From contig NC_043002.1 of assembly GCF_006345805.1 (NCBI RefSeq), positions 4,898,001 through 4,962,000 on the forward strand: DNA of 64,000 nt. The letters run 5' to 3'. Positions 1 to 12,281 of the stretch are shown piece by piece. A model generated the notes under the pieces. That model was not told the DNA's origin, searched no databases, and worked only from the letters and a program-made list of their open reading frames with translations. A program made the translations under genes and the position numbers. Within the stretch, counting starts at the first letter, position 1, and the number at the start of each line of letters is the position of its first letter. This stretch comes from Octopus sinensis. Its lineage: Eukaryota.

Positions 1-70
1 TAGCAGGATGATTGACCCCACAAAATTCCTGTCTTTGGCATGTCTTGTATGTATTGTTGTTTGACCTTAA

Positions 71-1137
71 CCCTTTCGTTACTATATTTCTGACCAAAAT
101 ACACCCCTTATGTGTTTCAATTAATTTCTAACGTAATCATAAATTTAGTCTGGTTTCATTAAACAACTATAACTTTTTTATTTATCAATATATTAACGTG
201 AATTTTGGAAGATAATTTAATGAAATGTTCTCAACCAATTCTATACTATAATTTTTGTCACAAAGTGACTCTAATTGCAGGTAGATACAGGTAAATTCAA
301 CAAAATATAAAATTATTAAAATTTTGTTCAAACATCGCTATAGAAAATGGGTTATTAGCTAATATTCAATTGGGTATACAACAAAATTTTACGATAGAAT
401 TTGTTATTCTGGGTAACTTTCTGATACCCATAATAATATTTATGGCAAAATAGTCTTAATTTCATTTAAGATTATGGGAAACCACTTTCTTTCGTTTTGT
501 TTACATTTAGCGTAACGGTTCGTTTCCACCGTAATGATTTCAAATAGGCTCATTCGAAAAAGTAAAAAGAAATAGTCTAAGGCTTTACTCTTCTGGGAAA
601 GTCTGTGGCTTGGTCCAGTTTCTTCAGAAAAATCACCGAAAGAAACAGTTTTTGAATTTTCACTCCATTCAGGTGCCAATTCATTTTCTTTATCACTGTC
701 GGAGGTCTCAGATTTACTGTTTTCACTTTCGGAAAATGAAACATCAGATTCATTATCAAATACCACGTGCTTTTTTTTTTCAGTCATAGAGTTACATTTA
801 TGAAGGTCTTCAGTAGAAAATTCTTCAAATTCTGACTCGCTGCTTGATATAATGAAATTCGTATCCATTTTTTGTCAGAATTACAAATTTTGAAAACACA
901 ATAGGAACAAATTTGGGAAAAAAATCTCCCAAAATTCACGGAATTAAAATTACACTTCGATTTTTGTACAAAACTGTAGTTGAACTCTTTAAGAAGTATA
1001 ATACGTGTTTTCACGAATGTACTAAAAAGATTTGCTCTGATATTCTCATTTAAATATAAATAGGTAAATTCGGGCGGTTTTGGGCGGCTTGGTCACATTA
1101 ACCAAAATTTTTTTCGGGCGGTTTGGTAACGAAAGGG
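71..1137 (-). mobile_element. Internally deleted piggyBac DNA transposon
   Basis: TTAA at 67-70 and 1138-1141 flank 12-bp TIRs CCCTTTCGTTAC / GTAACGAAAGGG; encloses a truncated transposase ORF. Confidence 0.9.
440..868 (-). pseudogene. piggyBac (PGBD4-like) transposase N-terminal fragment
   Basis: Acidic Ser-rich N-terminus, then ALDYFFLLF..IITVETNRYA..W....EIK typical of the start of the piggyBac transposase core; no DDD catalytic region. Confidence 0.8.
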
Positions 1138-1169
1138 TTAAGTTCAGTTCTCATCAATGCTGATCTCTG

Positions 1170-4100
1170 TGTCAAAGACATTGCAGCTGTGACCATCCTG
1201 TCATCGTTTAAAGGTGTGGTTTAATGGAAATTTAGCTGCTATTTCTAGCATATCAAGAAACCATGTAGAGGCTTACTTGCTGTCTTGCCTATTCAAAGAC
1301 ATTACATCTGTGACCATCCTGACATCTTTTAAAGGTTTGGTTTAAGATAAATTTGGCTGCTATTTCTAGCATGTCAAGAAACCATGTAGAGGCTTACTTG
1401 TGTCTTGCCTATTCAAAGACATTACATCTGTGACCATCTTGTCATCTTTTAAAGGTTTGGTTTCAGGTTAATTTGGCTGCTCTTTCTAGCATATCAAGAA
1501 ATTTAGCTGCTATTTCTAGCATGTGAATAAACCATGTAGAGGCTTACTTGCCTATTCAAAGACATTACAGTTGTAACCATCCTGTCATATTTTAAAGGTG
1601 TGGTTTAATGGAAATTTAGCTGCTATTTCTAGCATATCAAGAAACCATGTAGAGGCTTACTTGCTGTCTTGCCTATTCAAAGACATTACATCTGTGACCA
1701 TCCTGTCATCCTTTAAATGTTTGGTTTAAGATAAATTTGGCTACTATTTCTAGCATTTAAAGAAACCATGTAGAGGCTTACTTATGTCTTGCCTATTCAA
1801 AGACATTACATCTGTGACCATCCTGTCTTCTTTTAAAGGTTTGGTTTAAGGGTAGTTTCGCTGCTCTTTCTAGCATATCAAGAAACCGTGTAGAGGCTTA
1901 CTTGCTGTCTTGCCTATTCAAAGACGTTACTTCTGTGACTATCTTGTCATCTTTTAAAGGTGTGCTTTAATAGAAATTTAGCTGCTATTTCTAGCATATA
2001 CAGAAACCATGTAGAGGCTTACTTGCTGTCTTGCCTATTCAAAGACATTACATCTGTGACCATCCTGTCATCTTTTTAAGGTGTGGTTTGAGAAAAATTT
2101 GGCTGCTATTTCTAGCATGTCAAGAAACCATGTAGAGGCTTACTTGCTGTCTTGCCTATTCAAAGACATTACATCTGTGACCATCCTGTCATCTTTTAAA
2201 TGTTTGGTTTAAGATAAATTTGGCTGCTATTTCTAGCATTTTAAGAAACCATGTAGAGGCTTACTTGTGTCTTGCTTATTCAAAGACATTACATCTGTGA
2301 CCATCCTGTCATCGTTTAATGGTTTGGTTTAAGGGTAATTTGGCTGCTCTTTCTAGCATGTGAATAAACCATGTAGAGGCTTACTTGCTGTCTTGCCTAT
2401 TCAGAGACATTACAGTTGTGACCATTCTGTCATCCTTTAAATGTGTGGTTTAATGGAAATTTAGCTGCTATATGTAGCATATCAAGAAACCATGTAGAGG
2501 CTTACTTGCTGTCTTGCCTATTCAAAGACATTACATCTGTGACCATCTTGTCATCTTTTAAAGGTGTGCTTTAATGGAAATTTAGCTGCTATTTCTAGCA
2601 TATACAGAAACCATGTAAAGGCTTACTTGTTGTCTTGCCTAATCAAAGACATTACAGTTGTGACCATCCTGTCATCTTTTTAAGGTGTGGTTTAATAGAA
2701 ATTTAGCTGCTATTTCTAGCATATCAAGAAACCATGTAGAGGCTCACTTACTGTCTATTCAAAGACATTACAGCTTTGCCCATCCATTCATCTTTTAAAG
2801 GTTTGGTTTAAGGTTAATTTGGCTGCTCTTTCTAGCATATCGAGAAACCATGTTGAGGCTTTCTTGCTGTCTTGCCTATTCAAAGACATTACTGTTGTGA
2901 CCATCCTCTCATCTTTTAAAGGTGTGGTTTAATGGAAATTTAGCTGCTATTTCTAGCATGTGAATAAACCATGTAGAGGCTTACTTGCTGTCTTGCCCAT
3001 TCAAAGACATTACATCTGTGACCATCCTGTCATCTTTTAAAGGTGTGGTTTAATGGAAATTTAGCTGCTGTTTCTAGCATATACAGAAACCATGTAGAGG
3101 CTTACTTGCTGTCTTGCCCATTCAATGACATTTGTGTTGTGACCATCCTGTCATCTTTTAAAGGTGTGGTTTAATGAAAATTTAGTTGCTATTTCTAGCA
3201 TGTGAATAAACCATGTAGAGGCTTACTTGCTGTCTTGCCTATTTAAAGACATTACAGATGTGACCATCCTGTCATCTTTTTAAGGTGTGCTTTAATGGAA
3301 ATTTAGCTGCTATTTCTAGCATATACAGAAACCATGTAGAAGCTTACTTGCTGTCTTGCCTATTTAAAGACATTACAGATGTGACCATCCTGTCATCTTT
3401 GAAAGGTTTGGTTTAAGATAAATTTAGCTGCTATTTCTAGCATGTCAAGAAACCATGTAGAGGCTTACTTGCTGTCTTGCCTATTCAAAGACATTACAGA
3501 TGTGACCATCCTGTCATCTTTTTAAGGTGTGGTTTAAGATAAATTTGGCTGCTATTTCTAGCATGTCAAGAAATCATGTAGAGGCTTACTTGTGTCTTGC
3601 CTATTCAAAGACATTACTTATGTGACCATCCTGTCATCTTTTAAAGGTTTGGTTTAAGGGTTATTTGGCTGCTATTTCTAACATGTCAAGAAACCATGTA
3701 GAGGCTTACTTGCTGTCTTGCCTATTCATAGACATTGCATCTGTGACCATCCTGTTATCTTTAAAGGTTTGGTTTAAGGGAAATTTGGCTGCTATTTCTA
3801 GCATATAAAGAAACCATGTAGAGGCTTATTTGCTGTCTTGCTAATTCAGAGACATTACAGCTGTCACCATCCTGTTATCTTTTAAAGGTGTGGTTTAAGG
3901 GTAATTTGGCTGCTCTTTCTAGCATATCAAGGAACCATGTAGAGGTTTACTTGATGTCATGCCTATTCAAATACATTGCAGCTGTGACCATCCTGTCATC
4001 TTTTAGAGGATTGGTTTAAGGGTAATTTGACTGCTATTTCTAGCATATCAAGAAACCATGTTGAGGCTTAGTTGCTGTCTTTCCTATTCAAAGACATTGC

Positions 4101-5178
4101 ATCTGTGTCCATCCTGTCATCTTTTGAAGATTTGGTTTAAGGATAATTTGGCTGCTATTTCTAGCATAACAAGAAACCAGGTAGAGGCTTACTTGCTGTC
4201 TTGCCTATTCATAGACATTGCATCTGTGACCATCCTGTTATCTTTAAAGGTTTAGTTTGAGGGAAATTTAGCTGCTATTTCTAGTTCATAAAGGAACCTT
4301 GCAGAGGCATACATGCTGTCATGCCTATTCAAAGACATTACAGCTGTGACCATCCTGTCATCTTTTAAAGGTGTGGTTTATGTGTAATTTGGCTGCTATT
4401 TCTAGCATATCAAGAAACCATGTAGAGGCTTATTTGCTGTCTTGCCCATTCAAAGACATTACTGCTGTGACCATCCTGTCATTTGTTAAAGGTTCGATTT
4501 AAGGGTTATTTGGCTGCTTTTTCTAGCATAAGAAAAAACCATGTAGAGGCTTTCTTGCTGTCTTGCCTATTGAGAGACATTACAGCTGTGACCATTCTGT
4601 CATCTTTTAAAGGTTTGGTTTAAGGGTAATTTGGCTGCTATTTCTAACATATCAAGAAACCATGTAGAGGCTTATTTGCTGTCTTGCCTATTCATAGATA
4701 TTGCATCTGTGACCATCCTGTTATCTTTAAAGGTTTGGTTCAAGGGAAATTTGGCTGCTATTTCTAGTTCATAAAGGAACCTTGCAGAGGCATACATGCT
4801 GTCTTGCCTATTCAAAGACATTACAGCTGTGACCATCCTGTCATCTTTTAAAGGTGTGGTTTATGGGTAATTTGGCTGCTATTTCTAGCATATCAAGAAA
4901 CCATGTAGAGGCTTTTTTGCTGTCTTGCCCATTCAAAGACATTACTGCTGTATCCATCCTGTCATCTTTTAAAGGTTTGGTTTAAGGGTAATTTGGCTGC
5001 TATTTCTAGCGTAAGAAAAAACCATGTAGAATCTTTCTTGCTGTCCTGCCTATTCAGAGACATAACAGCTGTGACCTTCCTGTCATCTTTTAAAGGTTTG
5101 GTTTAAGGGTAATTTGGCTGCTCTTTCTAGCATATCAAGAAACCATGTAGAGGCTTACTTGCTGTCTTGCCTATTCAT
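1170..5178. repeat. Tandem satellite, ~121-bp unit, ~33 copies
   Basis: Unit GCTGCTATTTCTAGCATATCAAGAAACCATGTAGAGGCTTACTTGCTGTCTTGCCTATTCAAAGACATTACATCTGTGACCATCCTGTCATCTTTTAAAGG.. recurs (GCTGC at 1235 and 1356). Confidence 0.95.
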
Positions 5179-5995
5179 ATGTACAGATTGTTGTAGTGTA
5201 ACTCATATTAGCCAATATTACGCAAACTAAACCTGTTTTGGCTATGATCCTTCCATTATCTTTTTAAAATTGTAGGATGTGATTTGAAATTTGGCTGATA
5301 TTTCTGTCGGATTGAGTAACTAGATGAAGTCTCCCTCGTTGGCTCACCTATGAACATGTAATTGTTAAACTGCATGCGATCTCAAATTGTACAGACTAAT
5401 GAGGAAAATAAATTATGAAAATATGACAATTCTGCATTTCTCAAGCGAAAGATGATAAATGCCATCTTTCACTTGGAGAAGTTCACCTAACTTCTTAACA
5501 CTTTCATTGGAACTTATCGTGTGATACACATCTGTGACATCATGGACATATTCCATATGAATGTAGTTATTGTATAAGTTATGGCAGTTCTGAAACAGCT
5601 GTCAAGATCGACTTTACATAATTCCTTTGTTTCATTTTTATTATGTATTCTGTATTTTGTTTTCCATGTAAATGTACCCCTCAAACGTACCTGTATTTAT
5701 CTGGTTTGCTACGTCTATAACCACTTGATAAGAATCATTCTTATAACTGACTTTCTTACCCTTTTCTGTACATCTCTTGGACATATTACCATGAGCATAT
5801 AGTCTGTCAATGTGTCATTTTGGTATATACCTCTGTTTGAACCCTACTCCAGCCTTCCTCCATTCGTCTATGAATTCCTGTTCCTCACATCATAATTATT
5901 CTGCTCAACACTTTGCTTAACCATCTAGATTACTGTCAAATGTGATGCGTACCTATTCACATAGTTTTGAAATAATGGTTTCAAATTTTAGCACA

Positions 5996-6190
5996 ACGCC
6001 AGCAATTTCAGGGGAAGGGCTAAGTCAATTACATCGACCGCAGTGCTCAACTGGTACTTATTTTATCGCCCTCGAAATGATGAAAAGCAAAGTTGACTTT
6101 GGTGGAATTTGAACTCAGAGCATAAAGATGGATGAAATGCCACTAAGCATTTTGCCCAGTGTGCTAATGATTCTGCCAGCTCATTGCTTT
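5996..6190 (-). mobile_element. SINE family N (tRNA head + Deu/Nin-like core), degenerate
   Basis: Reverse complement of GAGTTCAAATTCC..GCCTTTCATCCTTTCGGGGTCGATAAA-type core. Confidence 0.65.
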
Positions 6191-6221
6191 AACAATAATA
6201 ATAACGGTTTCGATTTTTAGC

Positions 6222-6405
6222 ACAAGGTCAGCAATTTTAGGAAGGGGTTAAGTTGATTACATCATCCCTAGTGTTCAGCTGGTGTTTATTTTATCAACCC
6301 CAAAAGGATGAAAAGCAAAGTCCACGTTGGCAGAATTTGAACTCAGAATGTAAAGATGGACAAAATGCCACTATTTTGCCCAGCTTGCTAAGGATTCTGC
6401 CAGTT
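6222..6405 (-). mobile_element. SINE family N, degenerate
   Basis: Same core on the minus strand; inverted relative to 6688-6835. Confidence 0.6.
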
Positions 6406-6687
6406 TTCCATCTTTTAATTTGTAGCCTCAAGATTTCAATGATGTGATTGTTTATTTTCAGAATGGTATTTTTGGGTATGCATGAGAGGCCAAGTGTGGC
6501 CAGTTTGAACTGAAAACAATGTAGAATATTTTGGCTGGATATGGCCAGTTTAAGTGCTAAAGGGTTAACAAGATCATCTCATCTCTGATCCTCCATCTCA
6601 GTTAATGAGTTCCTGAAGCTTCAACACCTTTCTAAAAATAACTACCTTGTCTCCCACCCTCTCAAAAATCCCACCCTCTGGCACAAT

Positions 6688-6835
6688 CCTTAGCAAGCTG
6701 GGCAAAATAGCGGCATTTTGTCCATCTTTACATTCTGAGTTCAAATTCTGCCAAGGTGGACTTTGCCTTTCATCCTTTTGGGGTTAATAAAAGAAGCACC
6801 AGTTGAACACTGGGGGTGATGTAATCAACTTAACT
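6688..6835 (+). mobile_element. SINE family N, partial
   Basis: GAGTTCAAATTCTGCC..GCCTTTCATCCTTTT core. Confidence 0.6.
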
Positions 6836-7061
6836 CTTCTGTCTTGCAAAATTACAAGGCAACCTCATTAGAGCTGATGCCATGGGAGAAAAAAATAAGC
6901 ACCCAGTCCACTCATAAATGGCTAGCATTAGGAAGGCATCCAGCCGTAGAAATCATTCCAAAACTATAACACTGGAGTAAGACAAGGTCCTCAAACCTTT
7001 TGGATCCTGTCAGTCTAGCTGTTATCTGCTACGTTCTTATGTATGTATATATAATAGAGAG

Positions 7062-7454
7062 TGGAGGCGCAATGGCCCAGTGGTTAGGGCAGCGGACTCG
7101 CGGTCATAGGATCGCGGTTTCGATTCCCAGACCGGGCGTTGTGAGTGTTTATTGAGCGAAAACACCTAAAGCTCCATGAGGCTCCAGCAGGGGATGGTGG
7201 TGATCCCTGCTGTACTCTTTCACCACAACTTTCTCTCACTCTTACTTCCTGTTTCTGTTGTACCTGTATTTCAAAGGGCCGGCCTTGTCACTCTCTGTGT
7301 CTTGCTGAATATCCCCAAGAACTACATTAAGGGTACACGTGTCTGTGGAGTGCTCAGCCCCTTACATGTTAATTTCACGAGCAGGCTGTTCCGTTGATTC
7401 GGATCAACCGGAACCCTCGTCGTCGTAACCGACGGAGTGCTTCAAGAAAAAATA
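7062..7454 (+). mobile_element. Full-length tRNA-derived SINE (family D) with TSD
   Basis: A-box TGGCCCAGTGG 7073-7083, B-box GGTTTCGATTCC 7116-7127; TSD ATAATAGAGAG at 7051-7061 and 7455-7465. Confidence 0.85.
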
Positions 7455-7935
7455 ATAATAGAGAGGAGAGGAATTTCACTCAAGTGTACGCTACAAAGTC
7501 ATTAACTATTATACACTGTAGTCCTCCTTTTTAACCAAAACACTTCTGTTACTGAATGAATCAGATTTATTTATTTTTCATTTGAAAAGCAAACAATGAA
7601 TTTTGGTGTAATACTTAACTAGAACATTGGTTTTTAATCTGAGGACCATTTGCTGTTTTCGTTGTTCTTTAGCCTCACATTGTCTCTGATTGAGAACACC
7701 AACGATCAGAAATGTTCCAGTCATGACCATCCATCTTGTCTTTCTTTTCTTTCAGACATGGCCATTAAAAAGCTTGTTTTCCAACCACTTAATTATGGGT
7801 TTAATCCAATTGTGTGACTCCTAAGGCAAATATCTACTACAGCACCCCCAATGCAAACCAAACCTTTGTGAGGGGATTTGGCAGGCAAAAACTGAAAGAT
7901 GCTTGTCATGAATATATATATGTGTATATACATGA

Positions 7936-8163
7936 GTGAGCTAGCAGAATCGTTTGCAATCCGGGTGAAATGCCTAGTGGTATTTTGTCTGCCGCTACGT
8001 TCTGAGTTCAAATTCCACCGAGGTTGACTTTGCCTTTCATCCTTTCGGGGTCGATAAATTAAGTACCAGTTACACACTGGGGTCGATGTGATTGACTTAA
8101 TACCTATGTCTGTCCTTGTTTGTCCCCTCTCTGTTTAGCCCCTTGTGGGTAATAAAGAAATAC
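7936..8163 (+). mobile_element. SINE family N
   Basis: Head GAGCTAGCAGAATCG, B-box GAGTTCAAATTCC, core GCCTTTCATCCTTTCGGGGTCGATAAA. Confidence 0.8.
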
Positions 8164-8404
8164 GTATATATATGTGTGTGTTTGTGTATGTGAGTTGGTA
8201 CCTCCTTGTCTTGATATCACATCAGGCAGTGTCCTTTGTTGCCAGTCTTTTGTGAAAATGCATCTGGCCATGGAGGGGGGGGGATATTACCTTATATAGA
8301 AACAGGCGAGGGTTAGTGGCAGAAAGGACAACTAGTCAAAGAAAATCTGCCTTTAACAATTTCTGTCCAACCTATGTGAGCATGGAAAATTGAACATAAA
8401 AATG

Positions 8405-8489
8405 ATGGTGATGATGTTTTTGGTGGTGGTGGTGAGTGTGAGTGTGTATAAGTGTGTGTATGTGAGAGTGTATATGTGTTTGAGAGTGT

Positions 8490-8526
<37 letters not shown>

Positions 8527-8555
8527 CAGCAGCAGCAGCAGTAGCAGTAGTAGTA
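8405..8555. repeat. Compound microsatellite (GGT)n/(GT)n/(AGT)n/(AGC)n
   Basis: Direct reading. Confidence 0.9.
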
Positions 8556-8637
8556 GAAAGGATATTGGTAAGTATGGGTGAAAACTCCAGACATGTTTTA
8601 GCCTTATCAGATCTCCTTTGCAAAGTGTATATGTTTG

Positions 8638-8899
8638 TTAGTTAGTTAGTTAATTTGGCTCAAAAGCAAATAGCAAGGCCATGTAGGGGGACATGGAGTT
8701 AAGTACAGGGTGGTGTTCATGTAAAGAGTTCAGGCCACTTCAGGTCCAGGGAGGCTTTGAACAAAGCGGTCGTCGGCATCTTCACCATCTCGTCTGGCAG
8801 CTTGTTCCATGGATCCGCAACCCGGACGGAGAAAGCTCCTCTCCTTCGATTGAGATGAAATCGTCGCAGGTAGAGCTTTTCGGAATGACTCCGCAGCCA
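8638..8899 (-). mobile_element. CR1/L2-type LINE 3' fragment
   Basis: Encodes HSEKLYLRRFHLNRRRGAFSVRVADPWNKLPDEMVKMPTTALFKASLD; (TAAC)n tail; same family as 36803-38253. Confidence 0.9.
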
Positions 8900-9311
8900 A
8901 CACACAGCTGTGTTTGTGTGTGTGTGTTTTGAACTCAAAATAGAATGACAGGGATATATTACCACTAGGTATTCTTTGCAATGCTCTAATGACTCATCCA
9001 ATCTGTCACCATTTTTTAAACTAACACAGTTTTTGTATCATCGATTTTGTTTTTTAATGATTTATTCAGGAGGAAGGAGCCTTGTCTAAGGCCTTCACTG
9101 GCTCATTAATATGGCTAAGGTAAGGTTAATTAGCCTAAGTCATACATTATTGTACAATAAACAATACAATGATTCCCTTATCACCAATTTAGTAAATACA
9201 AAGAAAGTTACTCTTTGCAAAGGAGGTCTGATAAGGCTGAAACATGTCTGGAGTTGTCACACATACTCACTAATATCCTTTCTACTAAAAGCACAAGACC
9301 TGAAATTCTGG

Positions 9312-9488
9312 GGACAGGGGCTAGTCGATTACATCTACCTCAGCTTTCAAGTGGTACTTACGTCATCAACCCTGATAGGATGAATGGCAAAGTTGACCAA
9401 AGCAGAATTTGAACTCAGAACGTAATGACAGATGAAACGCCTCTAAGCATCTTGTCTGGAATACTAACAATTCTGCCAGCTCACCACT
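9312..9488 (-). mobile_element. SINE family N, degenerate
   Basis: Reverse-complement core GATGAATGGCAAAGTTGACC..AATTTGAACTCAG. Confidence 0.65.
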
Positions 9489-9489
9489 T

Positions 9490-10103
9490 TCATCATCATC
9501 ATCATCATCATTTAACGTCCGCTTTCCATTCTAGCATGGGTTGGACGCTTTGACTGAGGTCTGGCTGCACCAGGTCCCAGTCTTGATCTGGCAGAGTTTC
9601 TACAGCTGGATGCCTTTCCTAACGCCAACCACTCCGAGAGTATAGTGGGTGCTTTTACGTGCCACCGGCACAAGGGCCAGTTTGGTGGTACTGGCAACGG
9701 CCACGCCCAAATACTTACTGATATCAAAGTAAATTAATATTTGTCAGAATCAGCTTACCATTTCCAGTCAGCCCATCTAACCCATGCCAGCATGGAAAGC
9801 AGATGCTAACTGATGATGATGATGATGATGATGAATGAGCCGATGTTTTCTTTTTGCCATATATGTAATAATAATTTGTAATATATTGTAATATATGTCT
9901 GGCACCTGTGCGGGTGACAAGTAAAAAGCACCCACTACACTCACGGAGTGGTTGGCGTTAAGAAGGGCATCCAGCTGTAGAAACACTGCCAGATCTGACT
10001 AGGCCTGATGAAGCCTTCCGGCTTCACAGACCCCAGTTGAACCGTCCAACCCATGCTAGCATGGAAAACGGACGCTAAACGATGATGATGATGATGATGA
10101 TGA
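9490..10103. mobile_element. Cluster of SINE family C copies ((GAT)n tail), both orientations
   Basis: GGCGTTAGGAAGGGCATCCAGCTGTAGAAA core and CCAACCCATGCTAGCATGGAAA..(GAT)n ends. Confidence 0.8.
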
Positions 10104-10448
10104 TTCTAGTTCTTTGGTACTTTATGTATGATGGCACTAACTTGACTTATTTTTCATGCAGATTGCATCCTTGAATAATTTCTCTGTTTACACACACACA
10201 CACACATACACACACATTCCTCTCTTCTCTTAACATTATTGGAATGGAGTATTTTACTTGAAAAGTTAGGTTTAATTAAATATTTCTCGGATAACATTTC
10301 AGTTCTTGATGATTATTATTGTTGTTATTATTACTGCTGTTTAATGTTCATCCCGCATTGCTACCTAGCATTCTATAACACTGATAGTCTACTTATTCGC
10401 AATGCCTTGAGAAAATTTCAACTCTTCTATTGGAAATTATAATCATAG

Positions 10449-10830
10449 TCGTAGGAGTGGCTCTGTGGTAAGTAGCTTGGTTACCAACCACATGGTTCCG
10501 GGTTCAGTCTCACTGTGTGGCACCTTGGGCAAGTGTCTTCTACTATAGCCTTGGACAGACCAAAGCCTTGTGAGTGGATTTGGTAGACGGAAACTGAAAG
10601 AAGCCCGTCGTATATATGTGTGTGTATGCTTATGTGTCTGTGTTTGTCCCCCCAACATCGCTAGACAACCGATGCTGGTTTGTTTACGTCCCCGTAACTT
10701 AGCGGTTCTGCTTAAGAGACCGATAGAATAAGTACTAGGCTTACAGAGAATAAGCTCTGGGGTCGATCTGCTTGACTAAAGGCGGTGTTCCAGCATGGCC
10801 GCAGTCAAATGACTGAAACAAGTAAAAGAA
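10449..10830 (+). mobile_element. SINE family B (tRNA head, CCTTGGGCAAG CORE/V-like motif), near full length
   Basis: GTAGGAGTGGCTCTGTGG head, GGTTCAGT B-box, 3' end GACTGAAACAAGTAAAAGA. Confidence 0.85.
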
Positions 10831-11304
10831 TATACGAAATGATTCAGAAGTTTGTTTACTTACATGATAAAATGATATTATCTCATTCTTTTTATAAGAT
10901 AACATATTCTTTTATGAGAATAAATTGATATTATCTTATCATATAAAAATTGGTTCTATCATCTTTAATTACAGAAGCCAAAGTAGACTTCATCTCCAAA
11001 TGGTTAAGTGCATTATTGCTTCAGTTCTTGTTGAAATGCTGAAATTATGTTGTGAAGATTAAATTGTGTAGAGTTTTAAACATTCTCAGATTAAGTATCT
11101 CACGGTGTTGAGTTTTATTCCCACACCTTTAGAATTAAAATACAATGTAGCCAAAGTGAAAGTTTGCTCTTTGATTGCTATAAATGAATTAAAGTCTAGT
11201 CATGTACTGGGACTAATTAAGTAAGAAATTGAATATACTCTTCCTTAGTTGTGCCAGTAAAGGATTCTCTGTTTGGAATGCTTGCCCTGATAGAAATAAC
11301 AACT

Positions 11305-11630
11305 ATCATCATCATCATTGTTTAATGTCTGTTTTCAATGCTAGCATGGGTTGGACGGTTCGACCCGGGTCTGGGAAGCCACCAGGCTGCACCAGGCCCC
11401 AATCTCATCTGGCAGTGTTTCTACAGCTGGATGCCCTTCCTTCCTAATGCCAACCACTCCGTGAGTGTAATGTGTTGTTTTTTACGTGCTACCGGCACAG
11501 GTGCCAGGGGAGGCTGTCAAACGGTCACGATCTGTTGGTGCTTTTTATGTGTCACCAGCACGGACGCCAGTCAGGCAGCACTGGCATCAGCCACGTTCGG
11601 ACGGTACTTTTAACGTGCCACCGGTACGGG
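11305..11630 (-). mobile_element. SINE family C
   Basis: (CAT)n followed by the reverse-complement family C body. Confidence 0.8.
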
Positions 11631-11819
11631 TATCTTAAGTACAATTTTCATCAAGTCACATCATGCTGTTTGTTTGGGGTTTTTTTTTTATATATACAAA
11701 AAAAAAAGAGAGGATAAACACATTGAGTAATATGGACTGAAGTATGACTACCACGCTGTCCAAACACATTCATGAAATTGGGCTAGTGTATGAAATTAAA
11801 GCTTATTAAAAACAAAATT

Positions 11820-12281
11820 ATTGCAGTGTGGAAGGTGTTTGTAAGCCATTTAAGAAACACACAAAAACCGTTAGATTCACTTCAACATTTAAATTTAATT
11901 TGTCAAAATGTTTTCATCGCTTTGAGACCGCGACCTGTTCAATGAACAGGTCGCGGTCTCAAAGCGACGAAAATATTTTGACAAATTAAATTTAAATGTT
12001 GACCCCCCCTGGCACCTGTGCAGGTGGCACGTAAAAAGCACCCACTACACTCCTGGAGTAGTTGGCGTTACGAAGGGCATCCAGCTGTAGAAACTCTGCC
12101 AGATCAGACTGGAGCCTGGTGCAGTCCCTGGCTTCCCAGACCCCGGTCGAACCGTCCAACCCGTGCTAGCGCAGAAAACGGACGTTAAACGATGATGATG
12201 ATGATGATGATGATGTTGAAGTGAATCTAACGGTTTTTGTGTGTTTCTTAAATGGCTTACAAACACCTTCCACGCTGCAAT
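11820..12281. repeat. Long palindrome (foldback) interrupted by a SINE
   Basis: Arms 11820-11940 and 11944-12002 + 12214-12281, loop AAT; family C SINE at 12003-12213. Confidence 0.9.

Noticed and set aside
1170-5178. Satellite as a CRISPR array or retrozyme array
   Set aside because: Units are contiguous with no unique spacers, the context is eukaryotic, and I found no CTGANGA..GAAA core on either strand
7063-7135. tRNA gene (Arg-TCG-like)
   Set aside because: A and B boxes are present but the cloverleaf is poor; it continues into a ~320-bp body and is bounded by TSDs, so it is a SINE head
10976-11003. Possible mini-exon upstream of 13963
   Set aside because: Weak donor (GTTAAG), and the only frame ending in phase 1 contains a TAG stop
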